64,000 nt of DNA from Bdellovibrionales bacterium (GCA_031370005.1 JANMPT010000021.1:1-64000), one strand, 5' to 3'; shown: positions 47,189 to 57,042, counted from the first letter of the stretch. Numbers and translations are program-made. The notes: generated from the letters alone by a model not told the origin.

Positions 47189-48676
47189 TTATGTTATTGA
47201 TGGATCCAATTGGCAACGCAGCGGAAGATTCTCATCTTTTATTCGAGTTTGATTCTCAGCACCAACGATGTGTAAAAATAAGGCGTTTGTTTTAGCGCCA
47301 TCAGAAATAGGCTGACCAAGCGTAAAAATCACGCGATCCCCTGTCTTCGCAAGACCATATTGAACCAACAATTGATCGACTTGCTCTAAAATGTCTTCCA
47401 TCGTTTTATAAGGCTTAATTGTGAGCGTCTGAATACCCCAGGTCAGCTCAAGAGTATTGAGCACGTCAATCATATCCGTAACAGCAATGATACGAGCTTT
47501 CGGACGATAACTCGCAATAATATTCGCCGTTTTTCCGGAGGTCGTTAAACACACAATAGCGCTGGCGTTGAGTTTCAAAGCTGAAAGACTGGCACTGGCC
47601 GCAATCGCAGCAGGAGGGCTAAGGAACTCATTCTCTAATGAAATCCTGTAGTATTTTTCTTCGGTTCTCTCAACTTCAAGGATTATGTCATGCATGGTGC
47701 GAATTGCTAGAAATGGATATTTGCCACTTGCAGACTCAGCTGACAACATGAGGGCATCTGAACCATCTAAAACGGCATTTGCGACGTCTGTTATTTCAGC
47801 GCGAGTTGGACGCGGATTCTCCACCATGCTATCCAACATTTGGGTTGCGGTAATTACCGGTTTTCTAAGCTGATTACATAGGTGAATGATCTTCTTCTGA
47901 ATTCCAGGCAAAAGAGTCTGCCCTACTTCTACAGCCAAATCTCCCCGGGCCACCATGATGGCGTCGCTCAATCGAGCGATTTCTTCGAGGTTTTCAAGGG
48001 CTTCAATCATTTCAATTTTGGCGCAAATTTTCGCACTTGAACCTTTGTTCTCAATAATTTCTCGTAGTTTGCGAATGTCTCTTGGGTGACGGACAAAGCT
48101 TAAGGCCACATAGTCAACACCATTGGCAAGACCGAACTCTAGGTCCTCTATATCCTTCGCCGTCATGCACTCCACAGGAAGATTTGCCCCAGGTAAGTTC
48201 ATGCCCTTACGATCTTTTAGCGTTCCACCAAAAACCACTTCAATATCAACTTCATGGCCACGCACCTTAAGAACTTTAAGTTCTAATAAGCCATCATCTA
48301 AAAGTATTTTTGTACCGGGCTGAACTGACTGCGGCAGCTCTTTAAAATCGCTAGGAATAAGCCCTTCACGTCCTAAGACGTTTTCAGTAGTGACTACTAG
48401 CAGATCACCTTTTTTAAAAGTAATAGAGCCTTTTTCAAATTTCCCTACCCGAATTTTAGGCCCCTGAAGATCCTGCAGAATAGTCACTGGAGCTTGAAGC
48501 TCTTTTGAAAGCTTGCGTACAAGATGAATTACCTTCAAGTGGTCTTGGTGACTACCGTGACTGAAATTCAGCCTGGCGACGTTGAGCCCAGACTTGATGG
48601 CGTTTTGGAGAGAGGCCTCATCCATTGTGGAAGGGCCAATGGTTGCAACAATCTTAACTCTACGGTCCGCTAACAT
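47189..48676 (-). CDS. pyk: Pyruvate kinase
   Basis: KIVATIGP, RLNFSHG, DLQGPKIR, AKIE, MVARGDL, TATQMLDSM, PTRAE. Confidence 0.98.
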   Translation of the reverse strand: MLADRRVKIVATIGPSTMDEASLQNAIKSGLNVARLNFSHGSHQDHLKVIHLVRKLSKELQAPVTILQDLQGPKIRVGKFEKGSITFKKGDLLVVTTENVLGREGLIPSDFKELPQSVQPGTKILLDDGLLELKVLKVRGHEVDIEVVFGGTLKDRKGMNLPGANLPVECMTAKDIEDLEFGLANGVDYVALSFVRHPRDIRKLREIIENKGSSAKICAKIEMIEALENLEEIARLSDAIMVARGDLAVEVGQTLLPGIQKKIIHLCNQLRKPVITATQMLDSMVENPRPTRAEITDVANAVLDGSDALMLSAESASGKYPFLAIRTMHDIILEVERTEEKYYRISLENEFLSPPAAIAASASLSALKLNASAIVCLTTSGKTANIIASYRPKARIIAVTDMIDVLNTLELTWGIQTLTIKPYKTMEDILEQVDQLLVQYGLAKTGDRVIFTLGQPISDGAKTNALFLHIVGAENQTRIKDENLPLRCQLDPSIT

Positions 48677-48681
48677 AAGGC

Positions 48682-50358
48682 TTATGCTTTCTTGCTGTAG
48701 TTACTCATTCTTGTCGACAAGTTTTGCATATCTTCCTGATGACGTCTATTCATTCTATCAAGTTGTTCCTCATGAGCCTCATTCGACTGTGCTAGCTTAG
48801 CCTCGTATTTCATTTCTAAAGAACTCGTTTGTTGCTTTACCTCTTTGTCTTTATTGTTTAGGCGCTGAGCATAATAATTTTCAATACGCTTGAGCTCTTT
48901 CTCATGATTATCTTTTATCTGATTGATTTTATTCTCATAACTAGTCGTTATGTTTTCAGCTTTCTGGTTATATCCCTTTTCAATGCCATGAAAACGATCA
49001 CTCATTGCCTTATTCATCCGCACCATATCATCAGTGGCTTGCTCTCTTTGCCCAGCAACACGCTCAGAAAAGTTATCTTTCATCTGATCAAGTGAATCCT
49101 CAAAGTACTTACTATATGCTTCTTGGTTATTTTGTGCCACTTTGGTGATTTTTTTCACCCGACTCTCCGAAGTTCCGGAGACCAAATCCAAAGAGTCTTT
49201 ATGCTGCTGCAATAACATCTCACGGTCTTGACGATTTCTTTGCGTCATTAAATCCAATTCGCCACGATGCTCTCGGTTAGATGCAATCAGTGTCTTATCC
49301 GTTTGCGCTACCATCTGACCAATACGCTTACGATTGATATCTTTCATATTATCAACAGCCCCCTCCCTTTGCTTCTCAAGAAGGTCCATCTGTTCGCCGT
49401 ATTTACTTTCTAAATCGCGGCGTTCAATATTTCGAAGGCGTTCATTATTAATCATTTCGTGATTCAATTTACTACTCAAGCGCGCAACTTGACTTTCCTT
49501 TGAGCGCACTTGGCTGTTTAAGCGATTATTGACTGAATCCTGAAGATCTTGACTGGCATCGTCGAGCTGCTCGTATTTCTTATTGATCGCCTTATTGTAC
49601 TTACGGTTCAGCTCGCCTAACTCCCCTTTCAGTACCATGCCATTTGTGCGCATACTATCAGCATTTTGCTCTTCAGAGTTCTTAACTGCATCCTTGTACT
49701 TTTGATTCCAACGGGAAATCTCAGATTCCTTTTGGCGATGTTCGGCACTGAACTTTCCATCGTAGGCCTTACGCATTTCTTTATTGTCACGTTCCATATT
49801 GTTGAGCTGCATGTCACGATCTTTAATGGTGGCACCTATCTCTTTAGCGTGGGCACCTTTGAGTTTTTGATCATGCTCACTTAAGGACTCTTTAAGATCA
49901 GTTTGATTGCGAGAACTCATCTCCTGAAATTTAGCGTTTTGTTCATTGAGCTCGTCATGTTGTCTTGCTATCAAATTTTCTTTTTGCATTTCACTGATGC
50001 TTTTTAGTTTTTGCAATTCACCAGCAGAGGTATTTCTCAACTCGCGTCGATCGCTCTCGTTCTCTTCGGATTTTTTACGTAATTGTCCTTTATAAAGATT
50101 TCGGACTTCATCCACTTTTCGCATGTTGGACTGATCACGTTCCGTCAGATTTTCACGATAATGGCTTTTAAGGCTCTCCATCTCGCTATTGAACTCTTCA
50201 TTCAGACGATTCACCTCGGCATAATGCTTCTGATTAAGGCGATCCATTTCGGTTTTTTGTTTTCTTTGGTTTTCTGACTCTCGGGTCTCGTACTCTTCAC
50301 GAGTTTGACGAACACGATCATCCTGAGTTTTTCGGTCTGACGAGCCCACACTGGACAT
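48682..50358 (-). CDS. Long all-helical coiled-coil protein
   Basis: 558 aa, E/K/Q/R/N-rich, no Pro or Cys seen; AAGGAGG RBS. Confidence 0.85.
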   Translation of the reverse strand: MSSVGSSDRKTQDDRVRQTREEYETRESENQRKQKTEMDRLNQKHYAEVNRLNEEFNSEMESLKSHYRENLTERDQSNMRKVDEVRNLYKGQLRKKSEENESDRRELRNTSAGELQKLKSISEMQKENLIARQHDELNEQNAKFQEMSSRNQTDLKESLSEHDQKLKGAHAKEIGATIKDRDMQLNNMERDNKEMRKAYDGKFSAEHRQKESEISRWNQKYKDAVKNSEEQNADSMRTNGMVLKGELGELNRKYNKAINKKYEQLDDASQDLQDSVNNRLNSQVRSKESQVARLSSKLNHEMINNERLRNIERRDLESKYGEQMDLLEKQREGAVDNMKDINRKRIGQMVAQTDKTLIASNREHRGELDLMTQRNRQDREMLLQQHKDSLDLVSGTSESRVKKITKVAQNNQEAYSKYFEDSLDQMKDNFSERVAGQREQATDDMVRMNKAMSDRFHGIEKGYNQKAENITTSYENKINQIKDNHEKELKRIENYYAQRLNNKDKEVKQQTSSLEMKYEAKLAQSNEAHEEQLDRMNRRHQEDMQNLSTRMSNYSKKA

Positions 50359-50487
50359 CCCTGTCCTCCTTGAAAAAAATCATCAAAAATGCTACTTTCA
50401 GGCTAGCATAAAGCAACTTTTTAAGGACTAGGGGGCTGAGTTTAGAAACGAAATCAGGACTTTGGTTGCAGCTAAAAGGTCGGGCTT

Positions 50488-51228
50488 TTATTCATCGAAA
50501 ACCCTTTTATGGAACTCCGCACGAATACGAAGACGATTTTCTTCATTTTTCTTCTGAATCTCAAGTCGCAGACGTTTTTGGTCTTCTAGTGCAGCTAATT
50601 TTCTTTCCACAATTTTTTTATATATATCACCACTTTGATCCACCGAATCCACCCACTGATCTTTAAGATCTTGGATCTCAGAAATAAACTGTTCACGTGT
50701 TCCTGGATAAAGCTCGTACCATGATTTTAAGTGTTGCTTGAAATTGATCAACTCAACAACTCCATGCTCTACTTTAGCTTCGGAATTAACTCCCCCGGCC
50801 CAGACTTCAAATCCTCGGGGAATTTCCATTTTCGTTTTATCAATAAATGTAACTATCAACTTTGCACTAATATTACGAAATACAAAATGTCCATTTTCTG
50901 CAAAAACCCAATACTGACCGCCACTACCCTCTGCTTCAGCAGAAACTGTTTTAATTTTAACTGCGGAAGCATTCTGAGCCCACAGTGCACCTTCAATAAG
51001 ACTCCACTCTTTTCCCTTTACGTTTTCAGTGAGTATTGTTTTTTCTGAAGCTCGCAACTTTACGCTATTAGCCGCATAAGACCATTTATTAGTCATTACC
51101 TTAAATGAACATGGGCTGACTCGTCCGATACAATTTTCTGGGAGTGAAATATTAGGCTCAGAAGCGCGCACTCGAACTTCCATTTGAAAAGCAGCTAAAA
51201 ATAATAACAGTTGTGCGAGTTTCTTCAT
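50488..51228 (-). CDS. Exported protein with FecR-like beta domain and C-terminal coiled coil
   Basis: Signal peptide; LIEGALW..VKIKT..A...GGQYWV pattern resembles FecR; TAATG coupling to the upstream gene. Confidence 0.6.
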   Translation of the reverse strand: MKKLAQLLLFLAAFQMEVRVRASEPNISLPENCIGRVSPCSFKVMTNKWSYAANSVKLRASEKTILTENVKGKEWSLIEGALWAQNASAVKIKTVSAEAEGSGGQYWVFAENGHFVFRNISAKLIVTFIDKTKMEIPRGFEVWAGGVNSEAKVEHGVVELINFKQHLKSWYELYPGTREQFISEIQDLKDQWVDSVDQSGDIYKKIVERKLAALEDQKRLRLEIQKKNEENRLRIRAEFHKRVFDE

Positions 51229-51920
51229 TATTCAACCTGGAGACCTTCTGACAACTTGTGAGCTTGCGTACGAAGTTGTTCATTTTTAAAGTGCCCCTGA
51301 ACAGTTTTATAAATCTCAGAGGCCTCTTCTAAGTGATTATTAAGCTCACTTACTTGCCCCATCCGTAACATCACAAAACCCGTCAGATCATTGTCTGGAT
51401 ACTGCTGAATCATCTGGTCGATCAAATCCAAACTATTTTTATAATCTTTTTGCAAGAAAAAGGCTTCTGCCATGAAAAAGTGACTTTCTACTGTGTAGCG
51501 AGAGAGCGGATACTCATTGAGAACTTTACGAAATTCCTTGATAGATTTTTCGTATTTCTGCTCCTTAAACAGCTTCTTGCCTTTTTCAAAAATAATTCCG
51601 GAAAGGTCTAACTGGGCCTCACTTGCCGGTACACGCAGACTGCTAGCAAAGTTTTGTAATTCATAATTTGCAATCTGATTTTTAATCTCGGAGTTTGGCG
51701 GCAGTATAACTGCAACACTTTGCTTGAAATCAATAAGTTGATTTTGCAAAAGTGCATTTTTGAACTCTTCTTTTTCAATACTCAGGCGCAATTGATGAGC
51801 CTGAATCTGATATTCTTTTCCTTGATTAAAGTAATTTGAAAACTCGTTATAGGCCAACAGAAGACCCACTGTAATGCTTAAACAAACTATGACGAATAAA
51901 GAATTAGACACTCTTTTCAT
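51228..51920 (-). CDS. Membrane-anchored coiled-coil + TPR protein (CpoB/YbgF/BamD-like TPR)
   Basis: N-terminal TM helix, coiled coil, TPRs (F..GK.LF..KYE.SI.EF..VL..YP.S; YPDN). Confidence 0.8.
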   Translation of the reverse strand: MKRVSNSLFVIVCLSITVGLLLAYNEFSNYFNQGKEYQIQAHQLRLSIEKEEFKNALLQNQLIDFKQSVAVILPPNSEIKNQIANYELQNFASSLRVPASEAQLDLSGIIFEKGKKLFKEQKYEKSIKEFRKVLNEYPLSRYTVESHFFMAEAFFLQKDYKNSLDLIDQMIQQYPDNDLTGFVMLRMGQVSELNNHLEEASEIYKTVQGHFKNEQLRTQAHKLSEGLQVE

Positions 51921-51927
51921 AGACTTC

Positions 51928-51954
51928 TTATCGGCGATTTCTGAAAGAAGTTAA
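51928..51954 (-). promoter_or_regulatory. Sigma28 (FliA) promoter
   Basis: Minus strand TTAA-N15-GCCGATAA: perfect -10 and canonical spacing, 7 nt before the ATG. Confidence 0.75.
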
Positions 51955-52033
51955 GTCATGTCTATAATAAGGAATTTACATTGAAACACTTCGAAGAAAA
52001 GCTAGCCCAAGGTCCTTAACGCCCAATATAGAT

Positions 52034-52810
52034 TTAGAGCGCATCAGAAAGCCCTGCAGGTTTTGCAATGGCCGCTTCTTTACTCGCATTGACAAAACGA
52101 TACGTGTATTCAATGCGCGAGTTTTTAGTTTGGGCCCTCATGGCATCGCTAAAGTTCCATTCGGCTAGTGTTTTCAAAATACAGGTCTGAATTTCTTTAT
52201 TTTCAACATCAGTAGCTACCATTTGAGTGCTAATCACTTTGCCGGCAGGATCGACTTCCCATGCCAAAGTCATAGCGGTTCCTTTAAATTCAATATCTTT
52301 TTTATGCTGTTGAATACAAGTCCGAATGTAGTGCCCGTTGATAGCAATTTTTTTTAAGATCCGAGTCCTTTTTTCGTCAACCATTGCACCTTCTTTGTGG
52401 GTCATTAAGCCTGGTGCAGTTTTTGTGATTTCGGTTTTAACAGTTGTATCAGTATTTTTAAGCTTATCTATATTTTCCGCGAGTTGTTTTGCTTTGTAAG
52501 CCTTATCCAACTCATCTTCATCCTGGGTGACATTCAAAGCCTGGAAAAACTGATAATCAGTATCAAGATATACTCTTTCTTCTTGAGCCTTTTTCTCTTC
52601 AACCTCTTTGGTCTTGAGTTCAACTAACTGTTCCTGTTCGGGTGTCTTGCTATTTGAAACGTCGGGCTCAACAACTTGTCCTGATTTGAGGTCTTGATAA
52701 CTCAAAGGAGAAAGACCATCGTATTGCTGTTTGAGCTCGTGAAGGCTCTGTGATTTGGCAATACTTACAAAAAGAAGACTTGTCAGTACAGCTACAAAAA
52801 AATTTTTCAT
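52034..52810 (-). CDS. AgmX/PglI C-terminal (TonB-C-like) domain protein
   Basis: Signal peptide, charged linker, C-terminal IRTC..KG...LAWEVDPAGKV...IQTCI...W.F domain; GGGGGAG RBS. Confidence 0.75.
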   Translation of the reverse strand: MKNFFVAVLTSLLFVSIAKSQSLHELKQQYDGLSPLSYQDLKSGQVVEPDVSNSKTPEQEQLVELKTKEVEEKKAQEERVYLDTDYQFFQALNVTQDEDELDKAYKAKQLAENIDKLKNTDTTVKTEITKTAPGLMTHKEGAMVDEKRTRILKKIAINGHYIRTCIQQHKKDIEFKGTAMTLAWEVDPAGKVISTQMVATDVENKEIQTCILKTLAEWNFSDAMRAQTKNSRIEYTYRFVNASKEAAIAKPAGLSDAL

Positions 52811-53123
52811 ATCTCCCCCACCTGATAACTCTAGTTTACCATAGCGAACCTTCAAATTTCTAGAGCGTAAAATGGAAAAAATGCTGTCGATATTCTGGTC
52901 ACCTGTCTAAAGTACAAAAAACAGCAAAGACAATTTTACGGTTTTCAAGGGAGCTATCAATATCCAGAGATCAACTTTAAGCTTTGTAAAAGCCACCTGC
53001 CCTCCGTTGTCTTTATGGCCTACATGGGCGCTAATATCTAGACATAAATCTTTTTTTCTCCTTAGAGGATTTTGATAGTCAAAAAGGCGTACTTTTGCTA
53101 AAAACATCTCTCGTGAAAGGAGC

Positions 53124-53570
53124 ATGTTAGTGAAAACCGCTAGATATCTTATTCTTTTGGTTACTCTGAGCTTTATTGCCTGTGCTCGGTCAAACTATGA
53201 AGATTTGAATAGAAATCCGGCTGTAGATGAGCTTGGTACTTGTGATATTCGATTTGCTAGTTTAAAAATGTGCGCAGAATTGATCTGGGAAACAAAACCA
53301 ACAGAAACTGACTTTGGCTCTTTTGTTTTGGAGTTCTATAACCCCAAGGATCGCAGTCAATTTATGGATCCACCGAGTACGCTTAGCGTCACTTTATTGA
53401 TGCCAAGCCTTGGGCATGGATCCTCTCCTATGACTCTTGAGAAGTTAACAACGGGACAGTTTCGCGTTTCAAAAGTATTTTTCACCATGCACGGTGACTG
53501 GCAAATCCAGTTAAAACTTCAAAATGCAGCAACCATTATCGACCAAGCTATATATGCATTCCACTATTAG
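53124..53570 (+). CDS. FixH/YtkA-like lipoprotein
   Basis: FIAC lipobox; MPSLGHGS, FTMHGDWQI; AAGGAG RBS. Confidence 0.75.
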   Translation: MLVKTARYLILLVTLSFIACARSNYEDLNRNPAVDELGTCDIRFASLKMCAELIWETKPTETDFGSFVLEFYNPKDRSQFMDPPSTLSVTLLMPSLGHGSSPMTLEKLTTGQFRVSKVFFTMHGDWQIQLKLQNAATIIDQAIYAFHY

Positions 53571-53582
53571 ATTTTTCAACCT

Positions 53583-53658
53583 GACCTCATAGCTCAAGTG
53601 GATAGAGCTACCGTTTCCTAAACGGTAGATCCCCGTTCAACTCGGGGTGAGGTCACCA
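53583..53658 (+). tRNA. tRNA-Arg (anticodon CCT)
   Basis: GACCTCA/TGAGGTC acceptor stem, D-arm AGCTCAAGTGGATAGAGC, anticodon arm ACCGT-TTCCTAA-ACGGT, T-arm CCCCG-TTCAACT-CGGGG, encoded CCA; 76 nt. Confidence 0.96.
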
Positions 53659-53787
53659 AATATTAATAAAGTCGAGCCAACCTTTAAAAAATCTCACTCC
53701 TTTCTGAAGCCATTGCTCAGACCGCGTACCTGCCTCATATGCTCGTTTCAAAGGGGCTGATGTTCAGCCATATACTCTTCGATAGCT

Positions 53788-54096
53788 CTAGGCAGCCTTT
53801 TTAAGAGCAGTTTTAGATATTTTAGAACGAATCTCCTGCTCAAAGCTCTGGACTTGAATTTGGATATAGTTTTCTAAAAGAGCGTCCATAGGAACCCTGT
53901 ACAAATTTGCAAGCTTCACCACCGTTTCAACTGGGGGGTCCGAAAGTCCGCGTTCCCAATTAGAAATAAATTGTGGGCTGGTATAGCCGAGTACCTTTCG
54001 GACATCACCTTGAGAAAGACCCGCTTTGACTCTGAGATCTCTCAAGAGTGACGCAAAGCCGATTTTTAAATTATTTTTAGGAGCTTGTCTTTTCAT
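53788..54096 (-). CDS. XRE family HTH regulator
   Basis: LRDLRVKAGLSQGDV..LGYTSPQFISNWERG..P; GGAGAGG RBS. Confidence 0.9.
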   Translation of the reverse strand: MKRQAPKNNLKIGFASLLRDLRVKAGLSQGDVRKVLGYTSPQFISNWERGLSDPPVETVVKLANLYRVPMDALLENYIQIQVQSFEQEIRSKISKTALKKAA

Positions 54097-54113
54097 AATA
54101 CACCTCTCCATTA

Positions 54114-54141
54114 TATTCGGCAATCAGCACATTTTGCTTGA
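54114..54141 (-). promoter_or_regulatory. Sigma28-like promoter for the XRE gene
   Basis: Minus strand TCAAG-N15-GCCGAATA. Confidence 0.5.
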
Positions 54142-54280
54142 GGTCCGCAAAAAAAATATCAGTTGGTGGCCTCTTTTACTTTTTGCAGCAAAACCCCCTC
54201 TTTGTGACGCCGAGTGGGCCTACATTGTATATATTTTAGACGCATTTTTGGCTCAAAACAAAACAATACAATTTTGGCAT

Positions 54281-54296
54281 TGGCACTAAAATCGCA
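54281..54296 (+). promoter_or_regulatory. Sigma54 promoter candidate
   Basis: TGGCAC-TAAAA-TCGCA with exact GG-N10-GC spacing, about 90 bp upstream of the 54387 gene. Confidence 0.55.
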
Positions 54297-54386
54297 TGTC
54301 CACATCAGGAAGCCTGCAAGATTTCAGCAAATGGAAACGCTTTCTTTTGCCTGGTATCTAGCTATATTTTAATAAGTGAGGATTTT

Positions 54387-55133
54387 ATGAAAAATGATTT
54401 TACAATAAAAGCCCTGATGGCTGTGCTTATAGCAATTGGAGCGACTAGCTCAGCTTTTGCGGCCGGCAGCTCAACCTGTGAGGATAAATACAAAGCCAAG
54501 ATCGGTGAGCTAAATAAAGACCTTAACGATCTGAAAGACAGTTATCAGTATTTAGCAGTACGCTCTAAAAGATCGGCAACTAATGTTAATTTCGAGGTCG
54601 CATTTCACTGCTTAGCGAAGACCGGGCTAGAGTTGAATTCATTAGACGCCGAACGCCAGTGTGAAGCCGAGGCCCTTGCAGGCACTTTATCAGGTTATGC
54701 TGTGGAAGACTCTGATAAAAGAATACCAACCATGGATTATAGGGGCATACCCTTCAGCCAACAACGTATTGATAAAATCAAGGACATACTAGCTAAAATC
54801 GATAAGACGATGGTTCAGGAGGAAAACCTCCGTATAGTCTATAATTTAAAATTTTCTGACTTTGGAAGCTCTCCGAATAAACACTTGCTTTCAGAAACAC
54901 TCATGGCAGAACTAAAAAATACGATGAGAGATCCTCGGATAGATCATTGGATGACGATAGAACTTGTGAGTCAATTTCCAGAAAATGAGCTCTGTGGTGC
55001 AGATGGCACTCCAATGACTTTCACCAGTTTTATTCGACGCTTTGTTCAAATAGCTCCAGACAAGGTCGATAAGATAGAAGCTATTCTTACTGAGGCCAGA
55101 AAAAAAGATAGACAAGCTTGGTCTTGGTTCTAG
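54387..55133 (+). CDS. Secreted alpha-helical hypothetical protein
   Basis: GAGGA RBS; signal peptide ending AFA; 4 Cys; no family recognised. Confidence 0.75.
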   Translation: MKNDFTIKALMAVLIAIGATSSAFAAGSSTCEDKYKAKIGELNKDLNDLKDSYQYLAVRSKRSATNVNFEVAFHCLAKTGLELNSLDAERQCEAEALAGTLSGYAVEDSDKRIPTMDYRGIPFSQQRIDKIKDILAKIDKTMVQEENLRIVYNLKFSDFGSSPNKHLLSETLMAELKNTMRDPRIDHWMTIELVSQFPENELCGADGTPMTFTSFIRRFVQIAPDKVDKIEAILTEARKKDRQAWSWF

Positions 55134-55188
55134 TTTTTCAGATATTTCTTAACTTTTCGAACAGTGGTCGGCAATTATGATATGCAAA

Positions 55189-56004
55189 TTATGTTTGCAT
55201 ATCATAATTGCCGATTTGATAGAGGGCTTTTTTAGCTTCTGCCAAAGAATATTCTTTTTCAAATTCCACGATGAGACTGCCATCGATTAAAATTCTTGGA
55301 TCAATATTGAGCTTTAGGATCTCGAGATATACAGTTTTGGCGTGTGGTTTCTTTCTGACACTCCGGCTATAAGTCATAAAAGACGAAACTAAAATAAATG
55401 GATAAAAAAACAAAAATAAAATCACATTGGATGGCTTCACCTCAGAAAAGTGAATCTTACGAATTTTAAAACCAGCAATTTTAGCAAGTAATCTCAACTT
55501 AGTGATGCCTATTAGAAAAATGTGGCCGAAATACTGGTTATTATTATGATCACGATTGAACCAGATACTATCATACTCGTTCACGGAAACAATGCGACTG
55601 TAGCGTTCACTCTCCGTCAGAAGATAGGAAAGCTTGTGCTTCAAGTTTGAATGGTTTGGAGTCGTCACTATCAGTGTAGCCTTGTCCTTCATAACCCGAT
55701 TGAATTCTTTTAGTGTCGAGAGCTGATCCGGAAAATGTTCAATGCCCTCTTGGCATATAAGCAAATCCGCAAGATCACTACTCAAAGGTATGCCTTCAGT
55801 AACATCACAGTATTCACACTTGATGCGCTTCTCATTAAAGAACTCCGGGAAAAGATCAAAAGCATGAACCTTGTATCCATTATTTAAAAGAAATTCGGAG
55901 GTCTCTCCGTTACCCGCTGGGAGATCAATAGCCACAGGATGCTGCTTAGATTGAGAGACCAGAACCTGATTGAGCACTCTAAAAAAAATAGTCTTAAAAG
56001 TCAT
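55189..56004 (-). CDS. Class I SAM-dependent methyltransferase
   Basis: IDLPAGNG motif I, D...CQEGIEH, EFNRVMK..LIVTTPN. Confidence 0.88.
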   Translation of the reverse strand: MTFKTIFFRVLNQVLVSQSKQHPVAIDLPAGNGETSEFLLNNGYKVHAFDLFPEFFNEKRIKCEYCDVTEGIPLSSDLADLLICQEGIEHFPDQLSTLKEFNRVMKDKATLIVTTPNHSNLKHKLSYLLTESERYSRIVSVNEYDSIWFNRDHNNNQYFGHIFLIGITKLRLLAKIAGFKIRKIHFSEVKPSNVILFLFFYPFILVSSFMTYSRSVRKKPHAKTVYLEILKLNIDPRILIDGSLIVEFEKEYSLAEAKKALYQIGNYDMQT

Positions 56005-56218
56005 TCTCTTCAGAGTAAGGGGCCAGAAAAATACTTGTCAACTGTAAGTATCGCGATTTCGTATTGACGCAATTGACCTAGGTTTCCTAAGCCCAACTCT
56101 CCGACGCCTCTTTCTTGTGTATGAATACAGAGATTTTAAATCAGCAATGACTTGGTTTTATTTTTATGAGCACTATGCTTTTGCGTAGAGCATCCAGCAT
56201 GGAAAGGTGATTTTATCC

Positions 56219-56425
56219 ATGGAAAAAATGAAAGAACCTAGAATAGTGGCCATTGGTGCTTCAGCGGGAGGCTTAGACTCTTTTCGAGAGTTAATTGAAA
56301 ACTTGCCCATCGATACGGATATGGCTTTTGTATTGCTCTCGCATATTTTACGCAGTTCAAATAGCTTGGTAAAAAAACCGAGATCAAGCCTAAAACATAC
56401 AGAACATACGGAGAGGTTTCTATGA
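56219..56425 (+). pseudogene. 5' fragment of a CheB-type methylesterase (CheB/CheR-fusion type)
   Basis: IVAIGASAGGLDSF.ELIENLP.DTDMAFVLLSHI retains the Ser and His motifs, but the ORF ends after about 68 aa without the catalytic Asp region. Confidence 0.75.
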
Positions 56426-57018
56426 TCCAAGTTAGAGTTATGATTTTGAGCGTATTGCTATTTTTATCAACAGTCGCGAATGCAGGCATATATCTCGAAC
56501 CCGGCCTCACGTATGAAAGAGGCGACAATACCGTGGATTGGCCATCGCCATTAACAACTTCCACGGGCAGCTCGCAGGGTCTCGGCTTTAACTTAAAAGC
56601 AGGTTTAGCTTTTGCCGACACCGTGTTTGCGGGGGCAGACCTTTCATTTTCCAAACCGAACTTCAAAAATTCGGCGGTCAACTATGATGCTGCCGCAACC
56701 TCCAATCTCTATGGAGTCGTTGTTGGAGGACAAATGCCAGTTGTTGGACTTCGTCTTTGGGGGGGATACATTTTTGATGGTCTATTGGATCCTGAGTCTT
56801 CAAACGGGTATAATGTGAAGTTTTCCGGTGCCAGCGGTTATAAACTAGGACTGGGATTCCACATCCTGATGGTGAGCCTTAATGTAGAATACTTGGACCT
56901 CAAGTACTCTACGTCCACGCTCGAGCAGGCAGGACCAATTACTTTTAATAGTACTTTTGATGGTCCACTAAAAAATAAAAACTGGGTTCTGAGTGTAAGC
57001 ATTCCACTCACTCTTTAG
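56422..57018 (+). CDS. Outer-membrane beta-barrel protein (8-stranded type)
   Basis: Signal peptide ANA-G, GIYLEPG, amphipathic strands, C-terminal LSVSIPLTL; GGAGAGG RBS. Confidence 0.8.
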   Translation: MIQVRVMILSVLLFLSTVANAGIYLEPGLTYERGDNTVDWPSPLTTSTGSSQGLGFNLKAGLAFADTVFAGADLSFSKPNFKNSAVNYDAAATSNLYGVVVGGQMPVVGLRLWGGYIFDGLLDPESSNGYNVKFSGASGYKLGLGFHILMVSLNVEYLDLKYSTSTLEQAGPITFNSTFDGPLKNKNWVLSVSIPLTL

Positions 57019-57042
57019 TAATTAATAAAAAGGATTCAATCT

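Noticed and set aside
53085..53099. aggcgtacttttgct as a sigma54 promoter for the FixH-like gene
   Set aside because: GG-GC spacing is one base short of the strict -24/-12 requirement.
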